DNA of 45,341 nucleotides from Anaerohalosphaeraceae bacterium (GTDB lineage Bacteria > Planctomycetota > Phycisphaerae > Sedimentisphaerales > Anaerohalosphaeraceae). The position numbers and the translations under genes are program-made. The notes beneath the pieces were generated by a model, which worked only from the letters and a program-made list of their open reading frames with translations, was not told where the DNA came from and did no database searches. This document shows positions 27,739 through 37,127 of the stretch, piece after piece; the first letter of the stretch is position 1; the number at the start of each line of letters is the position of its first letter. The DNA is taken from assembly GCA_050309605.1 (NCBI GenBank), contig JBNRMN010000066.1, forward strand, positions 1 through 45,341. Direction: 5' to 3'.

Positions 27739-27803
27739 ACCCGCCGGCACAAGAAACGTCAAGTGGTGTGTTGACGCTGCTTGGAGATCCTTAAGAAACA
27801 TAA

Positions 27804-27905
27804 TGACTGATTTACGAACCATTGAACCACGAAGGGCAGGAAGAAACACGAAGAATTGAGTAATAAAAGGATTTCCTTCGTGATCTTCGCAGTGAAAAAC
27901 AGTCA
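27804..27905. repeat. Imperfect palindromic element with ca(c/g)gaag / cttcg(t/c) units of about 9-10-nt period
   Basis: ccacgaagggcaggaagaaacacgaag (about 27827-27853) pairs with cttcgtgatcttcgcagtg (27876-27894). Outer imperfect IR tgactgattt / aaacagtca. Confidence 0.55.
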
Positions 27906-27961
27906 ACTTATTGTTTACGGCTCCTTAGCATCGGGGCAAGTCGGGGCAAGGGTAGGCCGTA

Positions 27962-29440
27962 CTAATTTGAGTCAATATAAGCCATCTCAGAGATGCCGTA
28001 AAGCTGCCTGACAAGCTGGTTGGTCATCGGCAAAGAGGCCTTCGGAATGACCACGGTCGGGGACTCCAGTTCGAATTCCACGACGTGATAGGGCGACTGC
28101 GGGGTATTTGACATGGCCTCGACCATGTGCTCAAGAGAGCGTATCTGCATTCCATTAAAAGACTTAACGACAAGACGGCCGAGCTGGTGGTAACCCAGAT
28201 TGGCCTCAATCGGCAGCACATAGCTCAGCAGCACAATGTCACTTCGCTGCTCAGTAGGGCTAAAGGCATGTTCACGGTAGTACTGATATATGTGAGGAGG
28301 CACACGACCCTGCCAGCCGTCGCCCCACATCGTCATATAATCCCGTGTTAATGTTTGGAACACAAACCCGCCGATCACAAGATATTCAGGCCGTTTGTCA
28401 TAGAGGTGGTAGGGAACAAGCATCTGATCGGCCTTTATATCCGCCACTTTTACCTCTACAGACTCTTCTTTTCCACTTCTAAAAATCTCAAACTTCATCG
28501 TCTCGCCGGCCTGTGCCTGAGCAATCAGATGTTCAAAACCAATCCGATCATATCGCTCATGGCGATACCGGCCGTAAGGGTTGATCGGATGGGAATTGAT
28601 ACTTAAAATCACATCGCCGGCAGCCAGCTCCGAACTGCCGGTACCCATTGTATAAACTGAATTTACATAAACGCCGTGCCGCATTTCGTCGGGCATTTTC
28701 AGATAGCGTCGAACCGCCGGATCCAGCAGATTTGAGGTCTCAAATCCGACCGCACCAAAGCCGCGGTAGGGGGGATTTTGGGCATTACGGAGGAAACGGT
28801 TGATCGATTCGGCCGGAATCAGCCCCACCTCGGAATCGCTGCTCCAGCAGGCCATCCCTATCGGCTCATCATCCAGACAATACACCTCGCCTGCGCCGGT
28901 CGATCGCGATGGATTGGTCAGCACATATTGCAGTGTCCTGACAAACGAGACGGGAGAATACCGCACTTCAGCCCGATCCAGGCTGGCGCGCGCTTTGGAT
29001 ATATCGCCGCCGAAATCCAGCCGATATGACCACAAGTCGCTTCCTTTACTGAACTTATCAACAAACTCAAGCGGTGTAAGGGCAGTCTCCAGCGACGCGG
29101 AATCCAGTTCCAGCAGACAAAGATTATATTCATAATCGATCACTTTAATCCGAGCGGGAATATATTCATTCTGATCATAGCGCCGCGCCCGCACCGAGGC
29201 GGCATTGGCAAGCGGTCCGGCGGTGGTCAGTACTTCATACGGCCCGACCGCATTCCCGTAGGCGCCAACCGTATTGATACCGGTTTGACGCCACGGCTGA
29301 AGCTGCTCCCACGAGGCGCCGGAGACCTCCAGATGCACCAGCGAATCGCGCATTGACTCGGACAGATCCGATGTCGATTCGGCAGCAAGCAGGGGGGTAA
29401 TAACGGCGATAACTATACTGATAACTGCGATTTTACTCAT
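27962..29440 (-). CDS. Secreted Deg/HtrA-like PDZ protein with a degenerate protease domain (pseudoprotease)
   Basis: Colinear with the neighbouring Deg (PW.., LT.A, DL.LL-like, two PDZ-like domains). Triad positions read LTTAGP, EYNLCLL and RSTGAGE. Signal peptide from ATG 29440. Confidence 0.8.
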   Translation of the reverse strand: MSKIAVISIVIAVITPLLAAESTSDLSESMRDSLVHLEVSGASWEQLQPWRQTGINTVGAYGNAVGPYEVLTTAGPLANAASVRARRYDQNEYIPARIKVIDYEYNLCLLELDSASLETALTPLEFVDKFSKGSDLWSYRLDFGGDISKARASLDRAEVRYSPVSFVRTLQYVLTNPSRSTGAGEVYCLDDEPIGMACWSSDSEVGLIPAESINRFLRNAQNPPYRGFGAVGFETSNLLDPAVRRYLKMPDEMRHGVYVNSVYTMGTGSSELAAGDVILSINSHPINPYGRYRHERYDRIGFEHLIAQAQAGETMKFEIFRSGKEESVEVKVADIKADQMLVPYHLYDKRPEYLVIGGFVFQTLTRDYMTMWGDGWQGRVPPHIYQYYREHAFSPTEQRSDIVLLSYVLPIEANLGYHQLGRLVVKSFNGMQIRSLEHMVEAMSNTPQSPYHVVEFELESPTVVIPKASLPMTNQLVRQLYGISEMAYIDSN

Positions 29441-29451
29441 TTTTTCCCTTG

Positions 29452-30966
29452 TCAATTGGACGCGGCAGGGACGTGGTAATGCCGCAAAAGATCGTCATGG
29501 CCTCGGCGGGCCTTCTGCGCATCAATAATCATCGGGCTGTCATTGTTCATAAACCGCACGATCCAATACCCGTCGATATCTGTTTCAAATGCCTGCTGAA
29601 GATCGGCCAAGGCATGGATAGTCATCCCGTTGACGGTCTGAACAACCTGATTTTTGAAGCCGGCCGCATACGCATTGACCTCATCCGGCAGGATTTCGGA
29701 TAGGACGACAAATTCCCTGCGATTCGGGTCATCAACCAAATAATTGGCGTGCATAAAAAGGTATCTCAGCGAAAAGGGAATTTCGCTCGGCCAATTCCGA
29801 CCCCATGACTCCAGAAAATTTCGGCTGACCGTCACAAAGGTCAACCCTGCATAAATCCGATATTTTGGCTCCTGATCATATTGTCGCGACCATGCCAGCA
29901 CGGGCGCATTCAGCGCAACTTCCAGCTCGGCGGTCTGAGGCTTGCCATCTCGGTAAAACTCAATCTCGACCGTTTCACCCAGTTGTTTTCGATCAATCGC
30001 CTCGGCATATTCCAGACGCAGGCCGTAGATACGAATCATCCCGTCGTTATCAATGTTAAAATCGTCAATTCGCGTCAGCACATCGCCTTTTTGCAGGACA
30101 CCCTCAGCGGTTCCGCCGCGGATCACTTCGGTAACGACTACGCCGGCTGCCTCCGCAGGCACGCCCAGATAAGCCTTGTACGCCGGGTTGTGCAATCCAT
30201 CAAACGTCGCAAATCCCGTCGTACCGAAACCATCATAAGTCCCGCTTTTCACATCAGTTAAAAAATGTTCAATAACGGTCGTCGGAATCATATACCCGAT
30301 GTTGTCGGCCGATTGCAGTCCCTGAAAGGCCACGCCGACAACCTTGCCGTCCTGCAGCACCGGACCGCCGGAGTTGCCGGGGTTGATCGCGGCGTCGGTC
30401 TGGACGATGATATGCGTATGAGCCTGGGTATGGCTGTACGACCCATATTCGATGCGAGAGACAACGCCTTCGGTAATGGACAACTGCCGTCCGCCGACCG
30501 GAAAACCACAGGTGTGAACCGTGGAATTGACCTGCGGAAGGGAGCCAAACGACAGCGGGACCGTATCGTTAAAAAATGACGCATCGTCCACCGTCAGCAA
30601 GGCCAGATCGCAGTCATGCCCGACAAACTCCACTTTGGCCGGGTAGCGCCGCGCTTCGTACTGTTTGATGACCTCGATATAGCGGGCATTGGCCACATTA
30701 TGGGCATTGGTCAGGATGCGATTGCCGTCGATGACAAATCCGGTTCCCACCCCCCGCGACATCGGCAACTTTTTCCACGGGGTCACATAGTCAAAATCCT
30801 GCCGCACCGTCATAATCATCGCCACGGATTTTTCATAAGTGCTTAAAAAATCAGCAATTGTAATTGGGTCATCAGGGTCCGGCCTGAGCGTCTGAGCCGG
30901 ACAAATCGCCGCCGCGCAAACAATCGCACTGAAGACCACCGCGTTGAGTTTGTTCAAACCGGTCAT
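29452..30966 (-). CDS. Secreted DegP/HtrA-family serine protease (plant Deg2/Deg9-like protease-PDZ-PDZ architecture)
   Basis: Signal peptide; GTGF, LTNAHNV (His), DCDLALL (Asp) and TDAAINPGNSGGP (Ser). Confidence 0.93.
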   Translation of the reverse strand: MTGLNKLNAVVFSAIVCAAAICPAQTLRPDPDDPITIADFLSTYEKSVAMIMTVRQDFDYVTPWKKLPMSRGVGTGFVIDGNRILTNAHNVANARYIEVIKQYEARRYPAKVEFVGHDCDLALLTVDDASFFNDTVPLSFGSLPQVNSTVHTCGFPVGGRQLSITEGVVSRIEYGSYSHTQAHTHIIVQTDAAINPGNSGGPVLQDGKVVGVAFQGLQSADNIGYMIPTTVIEHFLTDVKSGTYDGFGTTGFATFDGLHNPAYKAYLGVPAEAAGVVVTEVIRGGTAEGVLQKGDVLTRIDDFNIDNDGMIRIYGLRLEYAEAIDRKQLGETVEIEFYRDGKPQTAELEVALNAPVLAWSRQYDQEPKYRIYAGLTFVTVSRNFLESWGRNWPSEIPFSLRYLFMHANYLVDDPNRREFVVLSEILPDEVNAYAAGFKNQVVQTVNGMTIHALADLQQAFETDIDGYWIVRFMNNDSPMIIDAQKARRGHDDLLRHYHVPAASN

Positions 30967-31019
30967 TGAATTTTTGAACCTTCACAAAATGCAGGGTTAA
31001 TGGGGCCAAACGCCGCCGT

Positions 31020-31301
31020 TTACTCAAAGTCGTAGTGTTTACGGACCGGCTTTTGGACTTTCCAGATACATTTCAGGCCATTCGGAAAGACCACATAATC
31101 ACCTACACCGAACGAAACGGAATGGCCGGTATCGGGGAGATCGGTCACCGTCACCTGTCCTTCAAGGAGCAGACATTTTTCCGTCTGGGTGTACTCCCAC
31201 TCAAATTCGCTGACATCACAGCTCCAAATCGGCCACGTTTCGCACATCGCCTTCAGTTCCGAATCCGGTTTTTGAACCGTTACGTCGTTGACAGTCGGCA
31301 T
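31020..31301 (-). CDS. Small cupin (DUF861/Cupin_3-like)
   Basis: WPIWSC…F.W.Y…E.CLLLEGQVTV…GDYVVFP.GL.C.W.V…VRKHY. GGAGG RBS before ATG 31301. Confidence 0.88.
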   Translation of the reverse strand: MPTVNDVTVQKPDSELKAMCETWPIWSCDVSEFEWEYTQTEKCLLLEGQVTVTDLPDTGHSVSFGVGDYVVFPNGLKCIWKVQKPVRKHYDFE

Positions 31302-31464
31302 TGCTGACAACCTCCATTATCAGTCCTGATAATTTGCATTTGCTCTGCCGCGCGAGCGGCCTGCTTTTCATAATACCCCAAAACAAAGCGGGATACAAGG
31401 AACCATTTTGAAGGGATGATCACAGGGCCGGGCAATCAGATCCAATCGATCCCCGGTTTGGATT

Positions 31465-31546
31465 TGCGGGCGAGAGGACTCGAACCTCCACGGGATATCC
31501 CACCAGAACCTAAATCTGGCGCGTCTGCCAGTTCCGCCACGCCCGC
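31465..31546 (-). tRNA. tRNA-Leu, anticodon TAG (CCA not encoded)
   Basis: GCGGGCG acceptor stem, TGGCGGAACTGGCAGACGC D-arm, CCAGA-TT-TAG-GT-TCTGG anticodon arm, long variable arm, GGTTCGAGTCC T-arm. Confidence 0.97.
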
Positions 31547-31581
31547 TGATACATTGAGGATGGTCAATCGGTTATGAATTT

Positions 31582-31917
31582 TCAAAAGAGAACTTCGTCG
31601 GCATCGTCGGCGTTCTGGTCGCCATCGATGGCGGTGTCTTGATCTTCTTCGGGTTCGCCGGTTTCGGACGATTCGGCCGGGGGAGTCGTCTCGGACTGCG
31701 CTCCTTCGTGTATGATCTCGATCCGTTTTTCGGCATCCTGCAAAATCCTGCGGCAACGGGCAATCAGTGCCATGCCCTGTTCATACTGGCGCAGACTCTC
31801 TTCCAGCGGGACCTGACCGGTCTCGATCTTTTGAACGATATCGCTCAGTTTTTCTATCGCCTGTTCAAAAGTTACATTATCCAGCGCGTTTTTATCTTTT
31901 TGCATTTTTTTTGCCAT
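31582..31917 (-). CDS. xseB: Exodeoxyribonuclease VII small subunit with an acidic C-terminal extension
   Basis: TFEQAIEKLSDIVQKIETGQVPLEESLRQYEQG…AEKRI; follows xseA. Confidence 0.93.
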   Translation of the reverse strand: MAKKMQKDKNALDNVTFEQAIEKLSDIVQKIETGQVPLEESLRQYEQGMALIARCRRILQDAEKRIEIIHEGAQSETTPPAESSETGEPEEDQDTAIDGDQNADDADEVLF

Positions 31918-31924
31918 CGCATCA

Positions 31925-33280
31925 TCAATCCGCTCGGGTCACCGTGCTTTCAAGCCGTCGGTTTTCAGCCAATTCGGTTATCATCGCATCGCCGACGGCG
32001 ATTTGTTCGGGTCGGGTAATCACTTTGCCGCTGCGGTCGCGTGTAATGCTGTAGCCCCGACTCAAGACCGAACGGGGGTTCAGCGCGTGTACTCTATTAT
32101 CCTGCGCGGTTAATTGCAACTGCTTTTTTGACAGGATTGCCAGGATGGCTCTCTGGCTGCGGCTTTCCAGTTCGTGGAGCCGAAGCCGCTGGACGGCGAC
32201 AAATCGGCCCGGCTCAATTTTGGCAACAGCGGCGGCCAAACGTTCCACGTGCCGCGTCCCGTTGCGAAGCCTTTCTTCCATCGCATCGGTCAAGGCGTCG
32301 CAGACTTCGTCCAGATGCTGGGCGGCGATACGCACCGGGCCGTAAGGCATCCGAAAGACGCTGCCGGCCAGGATGGTTTCCAGCCGCATTCGAGAATGCT
32401 GAAGATGCGCCGCGACGCTGCGCCGCAGTCGGGCGGCGTCGCTGTCAAGCCGCTGCACGACTTCCCGCCTGTCCGGTACGGCAATCACCCCGGCACGAGT
32501 CGGCGTCGAGGCGCGGGCATCGGCGACCAAATCGGCAATCGTCATATCCACTTCGTGCCCGACGGCGCTGATGACGGGAATCCGGGACGCATAAATCGCG
32601 CGGGCCACCGGCTCCTCGTTAAACGCCCACAGGTCTTCCATCGATCCGCCGCCGCGTCCGACGATCAGTACCTGCAGGCCGAGCCGTTTTTGCAATCGAT
32701 TGGCCCGGCCGATCGCGGCGGCAATTTTCTCAGCGGCCCCTTCACCCTGCACCGGCACGTCAAACAGGCATAACCGCGCGCATGGCCAGCGATGAAAAAT
32801 ACTCTCGGCAATGTCCTTAATCGCCGCTCCCTGTCGGCTGGTCACCACGCCGATCCGCATCGCATACGGCGGAACAGGCTTTTTATGAGACTGGCGAAAA
32901 AGCCCCTCCGCTTCGAGCCGTTTTCGCATCTGCTCAAAGGCCAATTGCAGCGAGCCGATGCCCGCCGGTTCGAGCTTTTCGGCGTAAAACTGGTATTGCC
33001 CGCGGGGCAGATAGACATCCACTGAGCCGGTCGCAATCACTTCGATGCCGTTTTCGCAGGAAAATTTGAGCTGACGGGCCTTGCTGCCCCACATCACACA
33101 GGCAATCTGCGATTGGGTGTCCTTGAGCAGAAAATAACAATGCCCGCTGGCATACTGTTTCCAATCGCTGATCTGGCCGCGCAGCAGCAGACGACCGGGC
33201 AGGGTATTTTGCAGTGCCGCCTTGACCGTCGCGTTAAGCTGAGAAACGCTGAAAACGACATTTTTAGTAGGTTTCGCCAT
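31925..33280 (-). CDS. xseA: Exodeoxyribonuclease VII large subunit
   Basis: SGHCYFLLKD, RGGGSMEDLWAFNEE, SAVGHEVD, TPT and LSRGYS motifs. Confidence 0.96.
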   Translation of the reverse strand: MAKPTKNVVFSVSQLNATVKAALQNTLPGRLLLRGQISDWKQYASGHCYFLLKDTQSQIACVMWGSKARQLKFSCENGIEVIATGSVDVYLPRGQYQFYAEKLEPAGIGSLQLAFEQMRKRLEAEGLFRQSHKKPVPPYAMRIGVVTSRQGAAIKDIAESIFHRWPCARLCLFDVPVQGEGAAEKIAAAIGRANRLQKRLGLQVLIVGRGGGSMEDLWAFNEEPVARAIYASRIPVISAVGHEVDMTIADLVADARASTPTRAGVIAVPDRREVVQRLDSDAARLRRSVAAHLQHSRMRLETILAGSVFRMPYGPVRIAAQHLDEVCDALTDAMEERLRNGTRHVERLAAAVAKIEPGRFVAVQRLRLHELESRSQRAILAILSKKQLQLTAQDNRVHALNPRSVLSRGYSITRDRSGKVITRPEQIAVGDAMITELAENRRLESTVTRAD

Positions 33281-33552
33281 TGGGCGACGATTGTATCATA
33301 TCATTCGCATTTTTCGACAACGAAAACGACCTTATGAGATTTTAATAAACTCCCGTGCCGAGCGTGCGTATAATAGGGGCGAATCTGGCTCTCTTGCGGG
33401 ATGAGTCCGTCAAGAATTAAGTGTTTTTTTGTCTCTAAAGTCAACATTAAAAAGAGTGGTTTTTTAAATTTGATCGGGTATAATTCGAGCCTCGTTGATT
33501 CAGTCTATCTTACTCCAAGACAATAATTCCGCTGATTGGCGGGTAACTCTAT

Positions 33553-34854
33553 ATGGAACAGCAATTAGACAAACAAAGTTATCTGGAAGAGGAAATCTAT
33601 CAGATTTCCACGCTGGTGGCCGGCAATTTTGAGTTGCAGGAAGTGCTTGACCGGCTGGCTGAGGCGGTGGTGCGCATCACCAATACAACGGCCTGTTCGA
33701 TCCGTCTGTTGGATGCCGAGGCCGGCGATCTGAAAATGCGCAGCACCTACGGCCTAAGCGACGCCTATCGCAACAAAGGACCGGTCACCAAAGATGAACC
33801 GGTCATCCGCGAGGCCTTTGAGGGCAAGGCGGTGGTGCTGGACGATATGCGCGTGGATCCGCGCGTTCAGTATCGCGCCGAATCCATCCGCGAAGGGCTG
33901 GTCAGTCAATTGACGGTAGCCATGTTCTTTCACGACAAGCCCATCGGTGTCCTGCGGCTGTATAGTCCGGAACCGGCGCGATTTGACGCCGACGCCATTC
34001 GCATCGCGCGGCTGGTTGCCAGCCAGTGCGCCATCGCCATCACCAACGCCCAGTTTTACAACCAGGGGCTGGAAGGGGCGAAAATGGCCGAGCAAATACG
34101 TCTGGCCGGCATTATCCAACGGCGAATGATACCCGATAAGGCCCCCTGTATGTGCGGGCTGGATGTGGCGGCGGTCTATCAGCCCTGCTTTGAAATCGGC
34201 GGCGATATGTACGATTTTTTGCAGGTGGACAACCATACCCTCGTGACCGGCATCGCCGATGTCATCGGCAAAGGCGTCCCTGCCGCGATTATGATGAGTA
34301 TGTTCCGCGGAACGGCCCGGGCCTATGCCGACGGCGGCTATGCGCGCCATTCCATGGAAGAAATCATCCACAAACTCAATCGCGTCGCCTGTCACGAATG
34401 CAAGGACGGCGAATTCATCACGCTGTTTATTGCGCGGATTGATACACAGGCCAATACGCTGACGTATTGCAACTGCGGCCATGAGCCGGGCATCCTGCTG
34501 CGTAACGGCGAGATCATCGAGCTGAACGAAGGCGGCCTGGTGCTGGGCATTACGCCGGAGACGCATTACAACACGCAAACGGTTCCGTTTGAGCAAAATG
34601 ACTGTCTGCTGATGTACACCGATGGATTGATTGATGCGATGAATTTTGACGGCCAGACGTGGGGGCGTCAGCGTCTGCTGGATGTGCTGCGCGATCAGCC
34701 GCCGAACTGCGCCGAATACTTGGTACACAACATTCTTGCCTATCGGCGGCGGTTCGTGGGGCTGGCCAGTCAAACCGATGACACGAGTATCGTCGCCGTT
34801 CGCCGCGATGTCAACGCCAACCCCCACGGCATCGATTGCGGGTGCACACAATAA
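33553..34854 (+). CDS. GAF domain plus SpoIIE/PP2C (RsbU-like) serine phosphatase
   Basis: N-terminal GAF (IGVLRLYS…F…ASQCAIAI); IGGDMYDF, ADVIGKGVPAA, NCGHEP, YTDGLID and DDTS motifs. Confidence 0.92.
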   Translation: MEQQLDKQSYLEEEIYQISTLVAGNFELQEVLDRLAEAVVRITNTTACSIRLLDAEAGDLKMRSTYGLSDAYRNKGPVTKDEPVIREAFEGKAVVLDDMRVDPRVQYRAESIREGLVSQLTVAMFFHDKPIGVLRLYSPEPARFDADAIRIARLVASQCAIAITNAQFYNQGLEGAKMAEQIRLAGIIQRRMIPDKAPCMCGLDVAAVYQPCFEIGGDMYDFLQVDNHTLVTGIADVIGKGVPAAIMMSMFRGTARAYADGGYARHSMEEIIHKLNRVACHECKDGEFITLFIARIDTQANTLTYCNCGHEPGILLRNGEIIELNEGGLVLGITPETHYNTQTVPFEQNDCLLMYTDGLIDAMNFDGQTWGRQRLLDVLRDQPPNCAEYLVHNILAYRRRFVGLASQTDDTSIVAVRRDVNANPHGIDCGCTQ

Positions 34855-34867
34855 AGCACGACTGATT

Positions 34868-34894
34868 CGGCCGCCCGGCGGTGCACGGCGGCCG
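34868..34894. terminator. GC-rich hairpin between convergent genes (possible terminator, no U-tract)
   Basis: cggccgcc…ggcggccg 8-bp stem. Confidence 0.35.
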
Positions 34895-34938
34895 CACCAT
34901 TCGGCCATCGGGCGTTCAGGTGACCACGGAGGCGGCTC

Positions 34939-35313
34939 TTATTTGGGCCAGCCGGCGTACATAATCAACGCAGCGAACAGAACGGCGACAACCCCCCATA
35001 GCCGATACATCCAGAGCGGCCGCTGCTGCTGCCAGTGCATCATCGCCTGCATTTTTTCGGGTTTGAGCGTCAGAGCGATAATGCTGCCGCCGGCGGTCAG
35101 GATGCCGATAACAATAATCACCCAGGAAATGCGGCTTGCGGTCGCTAAAATCAAAAAGACCACGCCGACGACCACCTTGACCGCCGCGGCCAGACGCCAG
35201 CGATTGCCCGCCGCCATGAAGGTGATAAACCGTTTCATCCAATCCGGTTTCAGCACCGCTGAAATCCCCCACAGCGCAATCAACGCTCCGATGATCCAGA
35301 TTATGTGTGCCAT
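34939..35313 (-). CDS. Small four-TM membrane protein (DUF2065-like)
   Basis: Four hydrophobic helices; AAGGAG RBS. Confidence 0.75.
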   Translation of the reverse strand: MAHIIWIIGALIALWGISAVLKPDWMKRFITFMAAGNRWRLAAAVKVVVGVVFLILATASRISWVIIVIGILTAGGSIIALTLKPEKMQAMMHWQQQRPLWMYRLWGVVAVLFAALIMYAGWPK

Positions 35314-35368
35314 TGCTGATTCTCCTTAATCGCCTTGCGGTTTTCGATAATCACCTCATTGCGGCAGG

Positions 35369-35920
35369 TCAGTCATCGATTTTTTCGACCATATCATAAT
35401 CAATTTCGACGCTGGCCGCCTGGCCGAGCATTTCGACCTGCAGCACCAGTCGGGTTTCTTTGGGGGTCTGTACGATCAGCCCTTCGGTGCCCATCAGCGG
35501 CCCGGCGATGACGCGGCAGCGCTGGCCGACCTTGAGATAATCGTGCGGCACGACAGGCTTGCCAAGCTGAAGGACGGTTTCAATCGGCTGCAATTCCCGC
35601 ACCAGCCGAACCTGATCCACCACCGGGATAATCGCGGCGGCGCGATTGGTCTTGAGTGCTTCAAGCCGTTCGGTCTGGCCGCCGCAGAAAAAGACATATC
35701 CCGGAAACAGCGGCAGCAGCGAGCGAAGCGTCCGTCCGCTTTTACGGGAGACCTTCCAGGTCATCGGCAGAAAATAGGGCACCCGCTTACTGACCAACTG
35801 CCAGGCCATGGCTTTTTCGTTGCGGGCTTTGGTATGGGCAACCCACCATGTGCCGACAAAATCGGCGATCGATTGATCTTCCGGCCAGACCATTGGCGGG
35901 TTTTCACTGACTTTCAGCAC
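35369..35920 (-). CDS. NusG-family antitermination factor paralog (UpxY/RfaH/LoaP-like)
   Basis: WWVAHTKARNEK, YFLP, PLFPGYVF (NGN domain) and GQRCRVIAGPLMGTEG (KOW). GTG 35920 with an AGGAG RBS. Confidence 0.88.
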   Translation of the reverse strand: MLKVSENPPMVWPEDQSIADFVGTWWVAHTKARNEKAMAWQLVSKRVPYFLPMTWKVSRKSGRTLRSLLPLFPGYVFFCGGQTERLEALKTNRAAAIIPVVDQVRLVRELQPIETVLQLGKPVVPHDYLKVGQRCRVIAGPLMGTEGLIVQTPKETRLVLQVEMLGQAASVEIDYDMVEKIDD

Positions 35921-35974
35921 GTTTTCTCGACTCCTAAGAAAAGACACAAAAACGATCTTACATTTCTATAAAAC

Positions 35975-36003
35975 ATTGTATAACAAGCAGACCGTCACGT
36001 CAA
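35975..36003 (-). promoter_or_regulatory. Sigma70-like promoter of the NusG paralog
   Basis: TTGACG-17 nt-TACAAT on the minus strand. Confidence 0.65.
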
Positions 36004-36031
36004 GCGCATACAGAGACTTGTGTCATCGGGG

Positions 36032-36988
36032 TTACAGGGTTACGGTTAAGTACTCACAATCCCGCTTAAACTGAAGTACGCCTTCATACGCCGCGGGGAC
36101 GAGCAGGGTTTGTCCCGCTGAAAAATCGACCGGCTCGGTCGTTTCAGAGATGATGGTTCCGCTTCCGGTCAGGATCAGCAGGACCCGCATAGTGCCGGCC
36201 TTGATCAGCACTTCGCAGCCGGGCGTTTGATGGCCTTTATCGACCTTAAATTCCGCGGCGTCCACGAGCCGGCCAACAGTGGTCGGCTCCAGCGGCGGGG
36301 CGGCGTCAAATCGGATGCTTTGCAGCGCTTCGTCAATATGCAATGGCCGCGGCCGGCCGGTGGTCTTGTCGATGCGATTCCAGTCAAAGACGCGATACGT
36401 CGTATCCGAGGGCTGCTGAATCTCGGCGATGACCAGTCCCGCCCCGATGGCATGACACATCCCCGACAGCAGAAAATGACACTGACCGACCTCGACCGGT
36501 ACCCGATTGAGCAGCTCGGCGCACGTGCCGTCGTGTATCGCCTCGGCAAACGCATCGCGCGTCGTGCCGGGCTTGAGGCCTTTGTAAATCACCGCGCCGG
36601 GCCGGGCATCCACGATATACCAGCACTCGGTTTTCGGCTCGCCTTTGCCCATTGTTCGGCAGGCCTCGGCGTCGGGATGGACCTGCACACTGAGCACCTC
36701 CTCGGCATCCAGCAGTTTAATTAACAGGGGGAAAGGTCCGGTAAAATCCGGCTTTCCAGTAACAGCAGGGCCGTGCTGCCGTAAAATAGCGGTCAGCGTT
36801 TGTCCGGCCAGCGGGCCATTGGCGGCAACCGAACGACCGTTGGGCAGATCCGCCAGCTCCCAGCTTTCGCCGATGGGAACGGCATCGGGCAGGGCCTTGC
36901 CGAACAGCTCGGCCAGCCGCCGACCGCCCCAGATCCGCTGCTGGAAGATCGGTTCAAACGTTAATGGATAATAGTTTATCTGCATCAT
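36032..36988 (-). CDS. manA: Type I mannose-6-phosphate isomerase
   Basis: IWGG, IGESWE, FPLLIKLLDA…LSVQVHP, KTECWY, HAIG and EIQQPSDTTYRVFDWNR motifs. Confidence 0.92.
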   Translation of the reverse strand: MMQINYYPLTFEPIFQQRIWGGRRLAELFGKALPDAVPIGESWELADLPNGRSVAANGPLAGQTLTAILRQHGPAVTGKPDFTGPFPLLIKLLDAEEVLSVQVHPDAEACRTMGKGEPKTECWYIVDARPGAVIYKGLKPGTTRDAFAEAIHDGTCAELLNRVPVEVGQCHFLLSGMCHAIGAGLVIAEIQQPSDTTYRVFDWNRIDKTTGRPRPLHIDEALQSIRFDAAPPLEPTTVGRLVDAAEFKVDKGHQTPGCEVLIKAGTMRVLLILTGSGTIISETTEPVDFSAGQTLLVPAAYEGVLQFKRDCEYLTVTL

Positions 36989-37127
36989 AGATTAAGATGA
37001 TACCGCAGACGGGGCGCAGTGTCTTGAAAAAAATGGAACATTTTGCCGTTTGCAGTACCGTCGAAAGACGGTTTAATATCTAACCATTAAAAGAAAGAAA
37101 CGTTGACCCGCAAGCGTTGGAGACGAG

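Noticed and set aside
27567..27961. oriC at the parS-containing spacer
   Set aside because: No TTATCCACA-type DnaA box cluster seen and no dnaA or dnaN in the window.
31020..31546. Genomic island integrated at tRNA-Leu
   Set aside because: No integrase, no duplicated tRNA 3' end noticed, and the flanking genes look chromosomal.
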